A stretch of 64,000 bases of DNA from Geosiphon pyriformis uo1 (GCA_016748015.1 JAAOMT010000523.1:1067270-1131269), one strand, 5' to 3'. Shown: positions 37,356-51,682, counted from the first letter of the stretch. Notes: a model not told the origin generated them from the letters alone. A program made the numbers and translations.

Positions 37356-39420
37356 ACATCAAACTTCTGACTCAAGTATTTTTTCTATTTCAAGACTGCC
37401 CAATAGATTGCTAAGTGTTTTAGCACTGGAGTTCCATAGTTCTTTTCAGCTGGACTTAAGCTTCTGCTGGCATAAGCTACTGGGTGTTCTCGTCCATCCA
37501 GTCTTTTCTGCAATAGTACAGCTCTTAATACTTGACCAGATGCATTAATAGTAATGATGAATGGTTTGCTGTAATCTGGATAAATTAATATTGGGGCTTG
37601 AATAAATTTTCTTCTTAGTGTGTCAAAAGCTTTTTGTTAAATTTCAGTCCATTTGTATTTAGTGTTTTTTGTTTGAAGTTTGTGTAATAGTTAAGTTATT
37701 TTGGAAAAGTCTTTGATAAAACAGTAATAGTATTCAGCAAATTCCAAGAATGCTCTTAATTTTGTGAGATTCTTTAGTACTAGAAAGTTCTTAACAATTT
37801 CAATCTTATCTGGATTTGTTTTGATACTGTTTTTGTTCACATCATGTTCCAGAAACTTGAGTTCAGTTTTTTCAAAGAAACACTTGGTTGCATTTAGTTT
37901 TAATTCAACTTTTCTTAGTCTTTCAAATACTTGTTAAAGATGGTACAAATGATCATCAAATGTTTTGAAAAACACATTGGTGTTGTCCAAATATATGACT
38001 ACTTATTTCTATTGCAGTTCAGTATAGACAATTTTCATAAGCCATTAAAATGTGACTGGAGTATTTATTAAGCTGAATGGCATAAACTTAAATTCAAAAT
38101 TTCTTTCTTGAGTTGTAAATGCCATTTTCTCCTTATCTTCTGGTTTCATGACTATTTGCCAGTAACCACTGTCTAAGTCTAATGTTGAAAACCATTTTTT
38201 TCCTGCAAAAGCATCGAATAGTTTTTAGATTTTTAGAATTAAGTAGTTATCTCCTTTTGTTATTTCATTCAGTTTCCAGTAATCCACACAAAAATGGATT
38301 TTTCTATTCTTTTTACAGACTAGTACCACTGGTAATGACCATGGGCTCATTAATGACTGAATTAGCCCATTGTTAAGCATCCAATTAATTTCTTGATGAA
38401 TAATCTTATGGCTGGCTGGTGGTACTCTGTATGCTTTTTGCTTAATTGGCATTGTATCTCCAGTCTTGATCTGATGCTGGATTATGTTAGTTTTGCCAAA
38501 TTTATTTTTACTGGCAAAGATGTTGTTGAAATTGTTGAGTAACATCTTGAGCTGCATATGTTGTAGTGAGTCTAGATTTTTTAAGTTTATTTGTTCCAAT
38601 TATTCTGGTTGGAGCAAATAACATTCTTCTCATTCATATATTGTTTGTGATGTGATATCCACATATTCACACAGTTGTGGAAAATCTGCAATAGTGTTTG
38701 GTAGCTGGTCCTCAATTTCAGTGATTAAATACCCAATAATAGTTTTTTCTGGTATTTTGATGATGTTTCCTATATTATTGTAAATGGGAATTTTGATTTA
38801 ACTATGGTTTTTTTCTGATATGTGTAGATTAACTAATTCAATCTTTTCTGATTCACAAAGTGTGGCTTCTGCTTCAAAAATCTGAATCTGGTCCTTTACT
38901 TTTTTTTCTATGATTAACATGTACTGGTCATATGATGGAATAGAAATTGATTGATGAGTGGAGATAATTTCTCTCTTGTTAATAACTTCTTCTTTTGCTA
39001 TATTAACTGGTACATTTATTCTACCTGTGGATTCAAAACCCTGTATTCCTCTAGCTATAATTTCTAATTTTTTCCTGTTTCCCATTAATATTAATTGAGC
39101 TATTTTAACCAGAGACAGGAATATTGCTTGTGTTATCTTTTTATTTGGCTCTATAATATAGATCTTTTCTGAATCATTTTATAGCATTGCAATAATATTT
39201 CCCACATATTCTGCATCAATTATTTCTTCTCTGATGTTGATTTCTTTTTTTGCTAAACTACTCCTGGATGCTAGTTGAACTATTGTTGTTGCTGAAATTT
39301 TTAGTGCTACTTTGAAATCAATGCAAATGTATGAATGTGGTTCCAATTTAATGGCATCTTTTCCTGGATATCTCAAATCAAATCCTGCATCAGTATTATG
39401 TGTGTGTTCTGGCATGATAC
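37356..39420 (-). pseudogene. B1 ORF1 middle part: dUTPase, RT, most of RNase H
   Basis: ORF 39179-39415 DAGFDLRY...RSSLAKK...IIDAEYVG; RGIQGFEST; ORF 38225-38599 is the RT N-terminus. Confidence 0.9.
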
Positions 39421-40095
39421 TGTTATGGTTGAAACTTATACTTTTTATTAATTATCACATGTATTAGCCACTGATGTCACATAAATTAGCCACTCTATTT
39501 TTAGAAAGTGATTATTGATCTGATCAATGATCTGACTGTTAACCTGATTATTGACCTGATTATTGACCACTTTTGACAGCTATATAAGTGATGAATCTAT
39601 TAGCTGTAAAAAAGCATGCAAGAATCAAAGAAATAAAGAAATAAAATAACAACTTTCATCTTAATCCTTCTCTTATCACTAATTTCTCTTTCCCTATCTT
39701 TAAGTATCTGAACATCTTAAAGAAAAAAGACTACTTGTTGGCTTTTACCTACCCTTTTCCTGAAACGTGTAATTGCATTTGAAGATTATTAAATAAAACA
39801 TGACTAAAAAGCATATTTGATACTTGATATTGAATTTTAAGAGTGCCAACATAAGACATAGAATTATACCAAGTGTGATCTTTTGTTAACAGTACAGACT
39901 ATCTCTCTACCTTTAAATTCCCTGGTTATCTTTGAAAAGTATAGCAACTGAGATATTTTATGAGACTAATCTCTTATATTGAATCCATACTCATTCAATT
40001 TGCTTTTTGAAGTTGAATTCTCTTTGATTATTTTTATCATCCTACAATTCTGTTCCCCCTTGCTATCTGTTAGCTTGTTACTCCAACCCATAACA
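39421..40095 (+). repeat. E1 5' LTR (675 bp)
   Basis: Matches 46224-46901; TATATAA at ~39581. Confidence 0.94.
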
Positions 40096-40147
40096 TAAAA
40101 GTGGTACTCTCTGTGAGATTGTCAAAATCCACTTTGTTTCCTATTGT

Positions 40148-41719
40148 ATGGGTAATTATTTATATCTGCCATAACAATCAAAAGAACACTTTGAAGCACA
40201 CAACAAAAATGATCTAGACTTTATTGAACTTAATCTTTTGCCCTCCTGCTTGATTTGCTTCCCCATTGAAGAACAATCCAGCAGACAATTCTAAAACTTT
40301 TGGAACTGGTTCCTAAATGAGCATTCAGCTGAAACCTACACAGCTTATACAACCTATTACTTTGATCAAGCTTATCTTGAAAACAACTGTAAAGAAAAAA
40401 ACAACAGCATTAATCAACTTTTATACTCAACAACCTTTGAACAACAGCCTCCTGATTTTGAATATCTGAATCATCAAATCCACATTTGGATTGCTGCCTA
40501 TCAATCAACTGAAACTTTTCTTGAAACAGAAAAAGAAAGCTATCAAACTGCTCCTGTTTTTGATCTCTTTTCAAGTGAATCAGAACACTCCACACAAACA
40601 GTTATACCTGAACCAATGGCTCAAGACCCTCTGCAACAAAACATTCTGATCACCCTTCAAGGCATACAGACTGCTTTAGGGCGAAAAAACAATATCTTAT
40701 TACTGTTATTTAGAGGTAATGCCCAAGATCCAATCAAATGGCTGGATGATTTTGAAAGAGCTATTACAACCAACCAGTATAATGAAAAATACAAGTTCCA
40801 AATTGTTGGTGGCTATCTCCAAAACTATTTTGCTACTTGGTTCTTACAAGAAACTAATACTAATGCTTAACAAAGAATCATTAGATGGGCACCAGCAAAT
40901 GCTGAAAAAGACAACACCTTTTTCACTATCCAGTTTGAAATGAAATTTAGAACTCCCATCTTAATCTCAAAATGGCGTATGAAATTAAAAAAAAGAACTC
41001 AAGGCCCTGGTGAAGTTGTGACAGAATATGCCAAAGCAATAAAAAAACTCATTAAACAGGTAGACTCTGGAAGAAATTGGACAAAAAAACAGAAAATACA
41101 TTCCTTCACAAAAAAACTAAAAACTAATCTATTATATGCTCTTTGGCCTCTCTTGACTTTAAAAAACAACCCAACAATGGACATGACCATTGAACTTGCC
41201 CAACGAATTGAAGACAACCAAAGAATGCACTTGGGATCCACACTTCTAGTTTTTGCTCCTGCTCTTATTATGGCTCCTGTTCTTATTATGGCTTCTGCTT
41301 CACAAATGGCTGCTATCTCTTTTGCTGCCCAAACTCAAGATCCAAATAAACATTTAATAGATAGACTTACAACAAATTTTGCCTGGCTATTAAAACCTTT
41401 GGCCCAAGCAGTAAAAGAGAATCAACAATTCCAAAGACTCAGATTTGAACTCCATTTCAATTAGCCCCAGCAACCACCATATCAAAGACAACAAAATCGT
41501 GGCCCACCTGTGTGTTATCACTGTGGACTAACTGAACACTTCTCAAGAGACTGCAACAATTCTCCATTGCCCCTTCCAGCTCCTAGAAACAATAACAATC
41601 AAAACAACAGAACCACCAACAATAATGTTCCCAACCAAAGACTTAATCATGCCAACTTCAATTTTTTTGGAGAGGATCCCCTAGTTGAAGCCACTGTTTA
41701 TCAGCCTTTAAACTGGTAG
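40148..41719 (+). pseudogene. E1 gag
   Basis: FRGNAQDPIKWLDDFERA capsid motif; CYHCGLTEHFSRDC knuckle; stop at 41717-41719 also present in E2. Confidence 0.9.
41707..41713 (+). promoter_or_regulatory. -1 ribosomal frameshift slippery site T TTA AAC (gag to pol)
   Basis: X XXY YYZ in the gag frame just before the stop; the -1 frame continues into pol; conserved in E2 at 60242-60248. Confidence 0.8.
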
Positions 41720-44394
41720 ATGTATCTCCAAAGGGTGAGAGTGCAAACCAACTAGAAGAAAATCTCTTTTCTGCTTTTAACCTAACTGATGATAATTATG
41801 ATATGAATGAACTAGCAATCAACACCTCCAAATCAACCAGAAAAAAGAAAAAAGCCAAGATTGATTTTGTTTTGGACCCAAACAAAGCATCCAAATCATC
41901 TGTTGATAATAATGAGCCACCAAAGGCTAAGGTTTTTAAAAATCCTCCAAAGTTGGAATCTCCAGAAATTGTACAAAAATCTGGACCCTATTCTGTTGTT
42001 AAAGATCTCATGGAAATCCCAGCACACATTACATTTGGCCAACTAATGACCCATCCACAATTCAGAAAAAATCTTTGTAAATCATTGATATCCAAAAAAA
42101 AGACACCAAAGACTAACAACGCCTATGTCAAGCTGGATTTGCTAACAACAGCAATGTTACCTCTCTGATTTGCAAAGCCCAAGTGACTGGCTACTTTATC
42201 AATTTAATTCTAGACAGTGGATTATCTGTCAGTGTAATTGCCAAACACTTTCTAGAAGCCATTGGAAGAAAGATTGATGAACCTTCTATCCAGCCTATGA
42301 CCAATGTACATGGTGACAAGAAGAAAGACCTGGGCATAGCCAAAGCTATTCCTGTTTACATTAATGGTATCAGTATTGAAACTAATATGGAAGTATCTAA
42401 AACAAAAGAGTACACCATAATTGTTGGCAATAAGTGGCTTAAGAAAGCTAAAGCACTACTTGACTATGAGCTTTGTGAACTAACCATCAGATGTGGTAAG
42501 AAACTCATTGTGGTTAAATGCTGTTATTGAACAACTCCTCCAGTAATCAAACAGAACCAAAAAAAAAACAATCAAATAAATCAGATAATAATGAGAGTGA
42601 TGATGAAGATCAAGAAGAACAAGAAGAAACTGCTGAACTTGCCTACACCATTTTCACCAGCAATGGCAAGCCACTGAATAATGTTAAAGCTGACAAAGAA
42701 GGAATCATGGTAAATGGCAAGCTGACCTGCTGGCCTTACTATGATATCCTCAGAAGAACCTTTGACAGAAAACCTAGCAAGAAAGCCAAATACAGTTATT
42801 GGTGACATGGCCCTTGTGCACAATACTAATGCAATAAACTTTTGTATTTACCAAGTGATGAATGCAAATCATGTCTGATCTATTACAAAGATTGGGAACC
42901 AATTAGCTTGATACCTAGAGAAGAACTTAAAAAAGTACAAAAGTCCTTTGAAAATGAACCACCTGAAATCCAATCACTAGTTGTAAAACAAAGAGAACTT
43001 TTCTCTAAAAAAAAAAAATAGACATTAAGAATTTGCTGGTTAGAAATAGCCCAGTTATCTCAAAAGAAGGTAATACCCCTGAACAAACCCATGTGATACA
43101 ACACACCATCACCACCAAAAACACTCGCCTCATCCATTTGAAGCCTTATTAATCCAATCAACACAATGATGAGTTTATTAAGAAAGAAATAAACCGAATG
43201 AAAAATCTTGGATTCATACAAGAAAACAAAAGTGAATGAGCTTTTCCAGTTGTAGTGATACTCAAGAAAGGTAGAACTCTATGCTTTTGTGTTGACTACT
43301 GCCAATTAAATGCCATCACTATAAGAGACATATATTCACTCCCCAAAATTGATATAATGCTAAATAAATTCAATAGTACTGCTTTCTTCTCAACCATTGA
43401 TTTAACTGCTGGATTTTGGCAAGTAGAAATGAATTCAGAAAGCAGAAAGAAAACTGTCTTCATTACCAAGTATGGCACCTATGAATTTACAGTTATGTTT
43501 TTTGGTCTCACCAATGCTCCTCCTATCTTTTAACACCTAATGGATAAAGTGTTTGAATCAGTAAAAAAAAACTTTGTTCTGGTTTACTTGGACAACATAA
43601 TGGTATACTCAAACACCTGGGATAAACACCTTAAACATCTGCAAAAGGTTTTTGACCTCCTTAAAAATGCTGGCCTTAAAATCAACCCAATCAAATCTTT
43701 CTTTGGATACCAATCCACCCAATTTCTTGGTTATCTTGTTACAAAAGATGGAATCTTTTCTGATCCAGCTAAAGTTAAAAAAGTTCAGAACATTAAACAA
43801 CCAATGAATGTTCCTGAACTATGCTTTTTCCTTGGTTTGGCCTTTTACTACCACAAATTTATCAAGAATTTCTCTAAAATTGCCTTTTCTTTCAATCAGC
43901 TACTCAGAAAAAATGTCAATTATTACTGGGACACTCATCAACAAAAAGCTTTTGAATTTCTGAAAGAAAAACTTGTTACTGAATCAATTCTCAAACAATT
44001 TGATCTGGACCAACCTTTTATCCTCCACACTGATGCATCTGGCTATGAACTTGGTGCTGTTTTTTTACAAAAAGACGAAAATAACAGAAAACATGCCATA
44101 GCATATGCCAGTAGATCCCTCACACCAATAGAAAAGAACTATTCAGTTACTAAACAAGAATGTTTAGCAGTAGTTTGGGCTACCAACTACTGGGATCAAT
44201 ATCTTCTTGGTGCAAAATTCTTAGTGGTAACAGATCATTAAGCCTTGGTTTGGCTGCACAAGAAAAAAAAGCTGGAACACAAATGAATAACTCACTGGAT
44301 ACTTCACTTGGATGAATTCAACTATGATATTCAACACTGCAAAGAAGCAAATCATCAAAACACTGATGCTCTATCTAGACTTACCATCCAGTAA
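41707..44394 (+). pseudogene. E1 pol: protease, RT, RNase H; ends after RNase H
   Basis: LILDSGLSVS; VYLDN; HTDASGYELGAV. Ends ALSRLTIQ-TAA-TAG at 44392-44397. Confidence 0.92.
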
Positions 44395-44458
44395 TAGTAC
44401 AACCTCTCAAACCAAACCAACTTAATTATTAATAAATCTTTTACAAACAAACACGATA

Positions 44459-45689
44459 ATAGACTTGGACAACTACTCTGCCTTAATGGAATTTTTGGAT
44501 AAAGAACAATATCCACCAGAATACACTTGACAGCAAAGAGAACATTTGTGTAAACAATCAAATTTCTATTTGATCCACCAGAATCAATTATATAAAAGAA
44601 ACAGAAAAAATTCTAATCATTACCAAAAAGTTATCAGTTTTGAAGAAGAAAAAATTGTAATATACAACATGCACACTAACCCATTAGCTGGACACTTTGG
44701 AAAAACAAAAACAATTCAGAAAACTTTAGCTTGCTATTATTGGCCTACCTTGGAAAAAGACATTGCTGAATACATCAAAACCTGTGATATCTGCCAAAGA
44801 AGAGACAAACCCAATTGCAAAGAAGATATCCATCCAATCTCTGTTGGTCAACCATTTGACAGAATTGGTATAGATGTTGTTAGACCTTTAACAATAACTC
44901 CTAATGGCAACAGATATATTATTACAGTTACTGACTATCTTACAAAGTGGGTAGAAACAAGAGCCACCCCAGACCAAACAGCAGTCTCAATAGCCAATTT
45001 CATTTATAAAGATATTATCTGCTGTTATAGCTGCCCCAAAAAACTTTTATCTGATTGAGAAAGAGCTTTTCTCAGTACACTGGTTGAAGAACTTTGTAGA
45101 AAAATGTGAATACATCATAAACTTTCCTCCTCTTATCACCCCCAAACAAATGGCCTAGTGAAACATTTTAATAGAACACTATGTAAAACCCTAACCAAAA
45201 CCAGTGAAGAAACAAACTTATAGGACAAAGTACTGCCATCAGCTTTGTTTGCTTATAGAACTGTGAATTATGACATAACAAGTTATGAATCTTTTTATCT
45301 GCTCTATGGATGCATGGCAACACTACTAATAGAAACTAACATTAAAACAATATTCTTTGAAGAGATCACAATAGGAAATTACAAAGACATTTTGCAAAGA
45401 AGACTTGGTACTATTCTTGACTCCTTGGTAGAAGCACAAATAATTGCTTTTAAAAAGATGTTCTAACAGAGATAATGTTTATGGTGATAAATTTTCTAGC
45501 CAGTAGAAAGAACTCTTTATAGTCAACAAAGTTTTGAACAATGGTTCTTATATTCTTTAAGATCAATCTGAAACAATCTTCAATGATTGTCCTGTTTATG
45601 TTACACGACTCAAGAAATATCATAAATGACCTGATTGGCTGCCTATTGTAGTAATACTGACTCAAATGATCAGCAAAAATCAAGTATAA
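44459..45689 (+). pseudogene. E1 integrase, separate ORF
   Basis: ORF 44546-45058 MHTNPLAGHFG...CDICQ, GIDVV; different frame from RNase H. Confidence 0.9.
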
Positions 45690-45730
45690 ATAAATGTACT
45701 ATTTCCAAAACAGAGGTATCTTCAATCAAC

Positions 45731-46254
45731 ATGAACAATTATTTTTTGAATCAAAACATTCAAAATGCCTTCTATACTCTTCATGAGTATTGGATCAAAA
45801 ACTATCTAAATGCTACTTTGACCATTGAAAAACAAACCACCATAACTGATAACAGTAGAACACATACTGTTATTAGACCAAAGATAACTACTACCAGAAG
45901 AGAAAAAATTGGTAGCAAAATGGATAAATATCTGTTGGAGAGTATAATAGCAGCTATACTTCTACCTTCCAACACAAGTGGAAAAACACTTCAAGAAATC
46001 TTATCCATAGACAAAAACTTGTCATATGGAAGGCAATTGGAACTCTATGGTTACCTTGATGAAATTATAAAGGATATGAAACTGATAAAAAAAACAACTT
46101 CAGAGATACAGGCAGAAATTTTGGGCATTATACAGTTAGCTTTGAGTTAGATAAAACCCTTCTAATAGATTACACTATAAATAGCTTGATTTTGCTGGAG
46201 CTCAATCTCTTTGAAGAGGATAATGTTATAGTTAAAACTTATATTTCTTATTAA
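45731..46254 (+). pseudogene. E1 ORF3, accessory protein (internal ~133-bp deletion)
   Basis: MNNYFLNQNIQNAFYTL...LELYGYLDEII; deletion relative to E2. Confidence 0.78.
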
Positions 46255-46901
46255 TTATCACATGTATTAGCCACTGATGTCACATAAATTAGCCACTTTA
46301 TTTTTAGAAAGTGATCATTGACTTGATCAATAACTTAACTGTTGACTTAATTATTGACCTGATTATTGACCATTTTTGACAGCTATATAAGCAATGAATC
46401 TATTAGTTATAGAAAAGCATGCAAGAATCAAAGAAATAAAAAAATAAAATAACAACTTTTATCTTAATCTTTCTTTTATTGCTAATTTCTCTTTCCCTAC
46501 CTTCAAATATCTAAACATCTTAAAGATAAAAAATTATTTGTTGGTCTTTACCTACCCTTTTCTTGAAACGTGTAATTGCAACATTTGAAAATTATTGAAT
46601 AAAACGTGACTGAAGAGTACATTTAATACTTGATATTGAATTCTAAGAGCACTGACATGAAGCATAGAATTATACCAAGTGTAATCATTTGTTGACAGTA
46701 TGAACTATTCCTTTACCTTCAAATTCCCTGGTTATCTTTGAAAAGTATAGCAACTGAGATATTTTATGAGACTGATTTTACACATTGAATCCATATTCAT
46801 TTAATTCACTCTTTAAAATTGAATTCTCTTTGATTATTTTTATTACCTTACAATTCTGTTCCCCCTTGCTATCCATTAGCTTGTTACTCCAATCTGTAAC
46901 A
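46224..46901 (+). repeat. E1 3' LTR (678 bp)
   Basis: TGTTA...GTAACA; matches the E1 5' LTR. Confidence 0.94.
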
Positions 46902-49900
46902 ATATCTTCATCATTATTGCTGAACCATTTCAGTTCCTGCTCCTTGGTAAAATCAGAGAGTACAATATATTGTTCAGGATTTAAATCTAAATCTAAATTA
47001 TTGTTGTTGTTGCCAATTTGCATAAAGCTGGAATCATTGTTTTTGTCATCATCATTGTCAGAGTTTAAATTGGAATTGAAAGTTGATTCTAATTCTGATG
47101 TGCAGCTGCTGATTGGTTTTTTCTTTTTTGGGATTGTGTATATCATGCATGGCAGTGAATTGTAAATAAGATTATATTTATTACAATATTAAAAGTCACA
47201 TGGAATTAAACAATAGTTACATAGTTGGGTGTTGATTTCTTCCAAGTGTTGTTCTTGCTCTTCTCTGGTAAGTGCCAGTTGTTGGTAGTGTTCATAGAAT
47301 TTTTTAGGATCATCCTCAATGTTGCCAAAGACATTAAACATTTGAACATATTCAGGTTCTGAAAGTGATAAGAGGTTGTTTTTGATTTTTAGTAGTTTAC
47401 TGGTCATTGCATCTTCTACTTTTGCACTTGCCATTTTCCAGATCTCATGTTTATCATAAGGATATCCTTTTAGTTATTACAGTACTTTTTTCTATATATC
47501 ATTGATTGAGGTTTTTTTGTGCATCCAATTGTTTATTAGGATAGTATATTGACATGTTTTGTCACACATTTCTCCATGCCCAGAAATGTCATTCCACATT
47601 TCTTTGTTAGGCAAGATTGTTTTACAAGTTAGACAAGGTTTGTTGTCCTATTTTCTTTGCCTCTTTAGTTTTTCAAACCATTCTAGAATGCATAAGTGGC
47701 AATAAAACTTGGTTGCAGTAAGATATTCTTCATTATTGCCACAGTATGTGCCCATTGATAACAATTTCTTGCCACAATCAACACATACTAGTTTTGGTCA
47801 GTAATAATTAGACTGGTGTGGTGGAAAGTAGGTATATAGTGTATAAGTAAAGGTAGTGGCTGGTGCTGATTCTTTTTTTTTCTTCTTTTCTTTTTCTTTT
47901 TTTTCTTAAGTCCAAATTGGTGGCCACTTACTTTGGTTATTATTATTCCAATAACTTTGGTTGGTTTTCCAGATAGGTTCTTCTTTTCTTTTTTCCTTTT
48001 TTTTGTTATCTTATGATGATATTGGCAGTAATTTGTTGTGGTCAGTGTCAGTCCAGAAAACTTGGTACACTTTCCAGGTAGATTTTTCTTTTTTATTGTC
48101 AAACTTAATGAGTAGTACTAGTGCATTGTTACTGAGTTTGAAATGATCACACATTGCTGGTACTCATGTGTGTTGTCTATTTTGACTAAATTGCAATTCC
48201 TGAGTAGTCCAGTTAAGCATTGCATTTGTTTTGGACAGGCAATTATTACCAATAAGTCCTTAATATTGAGTGGCTTCTATGACTAATACCTTAATTAATA
48301 TGATGATGCCATTAACTTCTATAGAGAAGTTATCAATCTTGCCAATTGGAGTTTTGGTCATTCCATTAGCTGTTATAATTTTGGCACTGGCAGTGTGATC
48401 AATTCAGCAACCTAATTGGTCTATGAGTTGTTATATAATAATGTTGTCTGCTGAATCACTATCTAGAATCAGTTTTATGGCCTGACTATTGACTTTAGCA
48501 TTAGTGTACATAGCAGTGATAGATTTTTCTTTGAATGCAGCTCCACTAAACAATGGTGTTTGTGATAATTCCTCAAATTCAAATGGGAAAATTGCTGCTA
48601 GTAATTCATTATTGGTTACAGTGGCTAGAGGTATGTTGCTGGTAAGTGATTTGTTTTGGTTGAGTTCTTAATTGTTGGATAAGGCATTTTTTGGGATAAC
48701 CAGAAGACTTAAATAGTGTTGAAAATTTGGGTTTTGGGCATATCTAGTCTCCAAATTCCGAGAATGTGTTTCTGATTGTTGGATAGAAAAACTGGAAATT
48801 AGTTAATAGACAATCATTGCTGATTTTCAGTTTTGTTGTGTTATTTTCGGCTTTTGTGTTCTAGTTTGAGGTAAGTTTTGTGGTGGTGTTTGAATTTGTT
48901 AGGGCTGATATATTACTTGCAGCTGCAGCTGATAAATGATGGGTGCTGGAGTCTGATAAATGAGTGGTTAATAAATTGGTGACTGCATCACTAGTAAGTA
49001 ATTTGATTGATATATTTCTGGATTGGGTTGATACCTCAGAGTTTGAAACTGGTGATTAGGGTTTCAATATTGATTTCTCGATTATTGGTTATCTATTCTT
49101 AATCTGCAATTGATTTTTAAATGTTTTTGTTTATCACAGTAATAGCAAATATGCATCTTTTGCTACCACTATTGATTGGTTAAGAAGAATGGATGTGACT
49201 GATTCTGAAAACGATTTGTGTTTCCTTGATTATTGCATTATTGTGGAAGTTAATAAATTGTCTGATTGTTAGCTAAGTATTCCTCTAATTTTTGATTAAT
49301 GGAATTACTGAATTGTTTCAACTTAGAATCTAATTTAGATGATCTATTCATTACTAGATTAATAGCTTGAGCATGGTTAGCTTTGAGTTTGGTAAATTCA
49401 AAATTCCATGCATTAGTAACTGTGTCTTAGAGAATTTGTGGGTGCATTGAGCATATGTGTTGGAAGATACTACTGTGTAGTTCATGTATAAACTGGTTCA
49501 GAATCTGTGGTGCTGTAAAGTAATTTGTGTTAATTGCTTGTATTTAGCACAAGTTCTTATGGAAGCATCCTAAGTAAGTAGTGACTGCTTCAGTTTTTTT
49601 TGCTTGATGGTGGTGAAGGTATTGGTTAAGTAATTAATACTGTTATTGTTGCTAAAATATTTCAAGAATTCAAGCTTGAATGCATTGAAATCCTGAAGTT
49701 TGTTGACCAAGCTCTGATACCATAAGTTGGCAGTATCCTGAAGAAAGTATAGAATGGTTTGCATGGCTCTAGTGTCATTCTATCTGTTGGCTGTGATGGC
49801 TTTCTTGACATTATTTAGCCATACTTGGGTATTATCTTCTTTGCCAGTAAATTTTTTGAGTTTTGCTATTGGGACATAGACTATTGGATCCAAGTTTGGT

Positions 49901-50778
49901 TGTTGCAATTGTTGAAGAGATAATTGCTGAAGTGGTATTAGTGGCTGTTGAAGTTGTTCAGCAATCAGATTAATTGGTTGTTGATTGATGTCAATTTCTG
50001 GAGATAAGTTTTGTTGATTAATTAACTTGAAATTTGGATTGTTTGGAGTTTCAACTTCTGGATTTTCTGGAATCAGGTTTTGATAATTAACTTCCTGATT
50101 GTCATCTTTCTCTTCCTCTTTCTCTGATTCCATTACTTCTCAAGAGCTCATGATTCCAAAATCTGGTGGAGATGGCAGTGATCAAAATCCTAATGGCGTC
50201 AGTAATTGTGACTTAAATTTCTCAAAATATTCACCATAAGTTCTTAATAGATCTGTTTTTGATTGTTTATTTTGAAAGAGTATTCATGCTAATGGGGTTT
50301 TCACATTTGATGTGGATGCATCTGCTGATGAGATGTTGATAGGACTTCTGGATGTAAAATGATATGATAAATTGGTTGGTAATTCAAGTTTTGTTTTCTT
50401 TCAAGTAGATGGTTGTATTCTTTAAGGTGTTACTGTTGGTGTTTATAGTTTTTTTTTGCCTTTGCTTGCATAGGTGATTGGGTATTTTTGTTAAGTGTAA
50501 TATTCAATTTCTTTATTGATTTTAATAAGAATTACTGTAAAATTATAATTTGCTAGTAGGCTAGTATTTTGGATTAATTTATTGTAGAAATTTTCTTTGG
50601 CTGAGTCGGTTTCTACTGGTACTCCTAGCAAATATGAGATTCTCTCATTAATATAGAAATTGAAAGCTGATTCTGCTAATAGGTAATTTTTGGTTAATCC
50701 CAAGTATTAAGAATAATGTTGAAACAAAGATTTAGCAAATCTTAAATGGTTTGTTCCTGTCTGTTTTGGTTTTGTCAC
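46902..50778 (-). pseudogene. B1 ORF1 5' part: N-terminal extension, capsid, CCHC, protease, Cys-rich region
   Basis: ORFs 49780-50133 (IAKLKKFTGKEDNTQVWL), 49570-49764 and 47189-47434; collinear with B2. Confidence 0.88.
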
Positions 50779-50841
50779 TTTTGAATGGTTGTGTATTAGT
50801 GCTGGTTTTCTGTAGAATTATACTTCACAAGAAGTACCAAA

Positions 50842-51682
50842 TGTTACAGATAATTATTTGAAGTCTCAAAGCAAATAACAAACCTGTAACTTGATGCTCA
50901 ATTGATATAATGATGTTGGTTTCTGAAGGTTTTTATGATTTGAAAGTTTTGGTGGAGCTCTTTGTATAATAAACAAAGATTCAATAGATGTTTTTCAGTT
51001 GCCTTTTGGAATCGCAATTCTGTCAAATTTTTTTTTCAGCATAGTAACCAGTAATCTTTCTGGTAAGCTATCCTCAAATCTATAAGTTCTCTACTTTTGT
51101 TTTATGAGTCTTTTACCAGTTCTTATAATGTCTATAACTCAGCACTTTTAATTTTTAATCAATTAGTAAAACAAAAAATAATAATAAAAAAATAAAAAAA
51201 AATAAAAAAATAAGCCAAGACAATAAATGTTAGTATCCCATCAATAGCCATGATCAAAAGCTATTGTTCCAGTGTGGTTAAGTATCAATTACTATCAACA
51301 TGAAGTGTTGATAGTGGAAAGTGGATTGAAATAGTGAATAAAATATTTATTAATATTTGTAATATGAAAGATTGCTTAGATCAAATCTAAAACTAAGAGA
51401 TCTGTCTTTTTTACTTCTAATGTTACTGCTATATATACATAATTAAGATTCCTCAATTTCTCAATTCTTTACACCAGGAATTCCAAAATTCCTGGAATTT
51501 TGCAATTTTTTTAGAGAAAAATCCTGAAATTCTGGAATCCTGTAATTTCTTGTATGAGAATTCTGAGATTTCTGGAATTTTGCAATTCTTCTGAAAGGAA
51601 TCCTGAAATACCACATTTACTATGTTTACTTCTAATTGGCTAATTTTTGTGCTAATATACTTCCTGTATTCTATAAGTAACA
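50842..51682 (-). repeat. B1 5' LTR (841 bp)
   Basis: Matches 4699-5538; PBS adjacent. Confidence 0.93.

Larger units (their letters stand above)
39421..46901 (+). mobile_element. Element E1: Ty3/Gypsy LTR retrotransposon (7.5 kb, no dUTPase) inserted at the start of the B1 dUTPase
   Basis: LTRs 39421-40095 and 46224-46901; TSD ATAC/ATAT; PBS 40102-40118; PPT ~46213-46223. Confidence 0.94.
4699..51682 (-). mobile_element. Element B1: full-length Ty3/Gypsy LTR retrotransposon (~9.96 kb net), outermost member of the nest
   Basis: LTR pair 4699-5538 and 50842-51682, PBS, PPT. Flanks ATGT/ACAT fit an ACGT TSD after CpG decay. Pol frame rejoins across the B2 and E1 insertions. Confidence 0.92.

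Noticed and set aside
46778-47165. ORFs spanning the E1 LTR/B1 junction (also 35455-35751 and 54796-54996) as novel fusion genes
   Set aside because: Chance read-through across insertion junctions in decayed elements.
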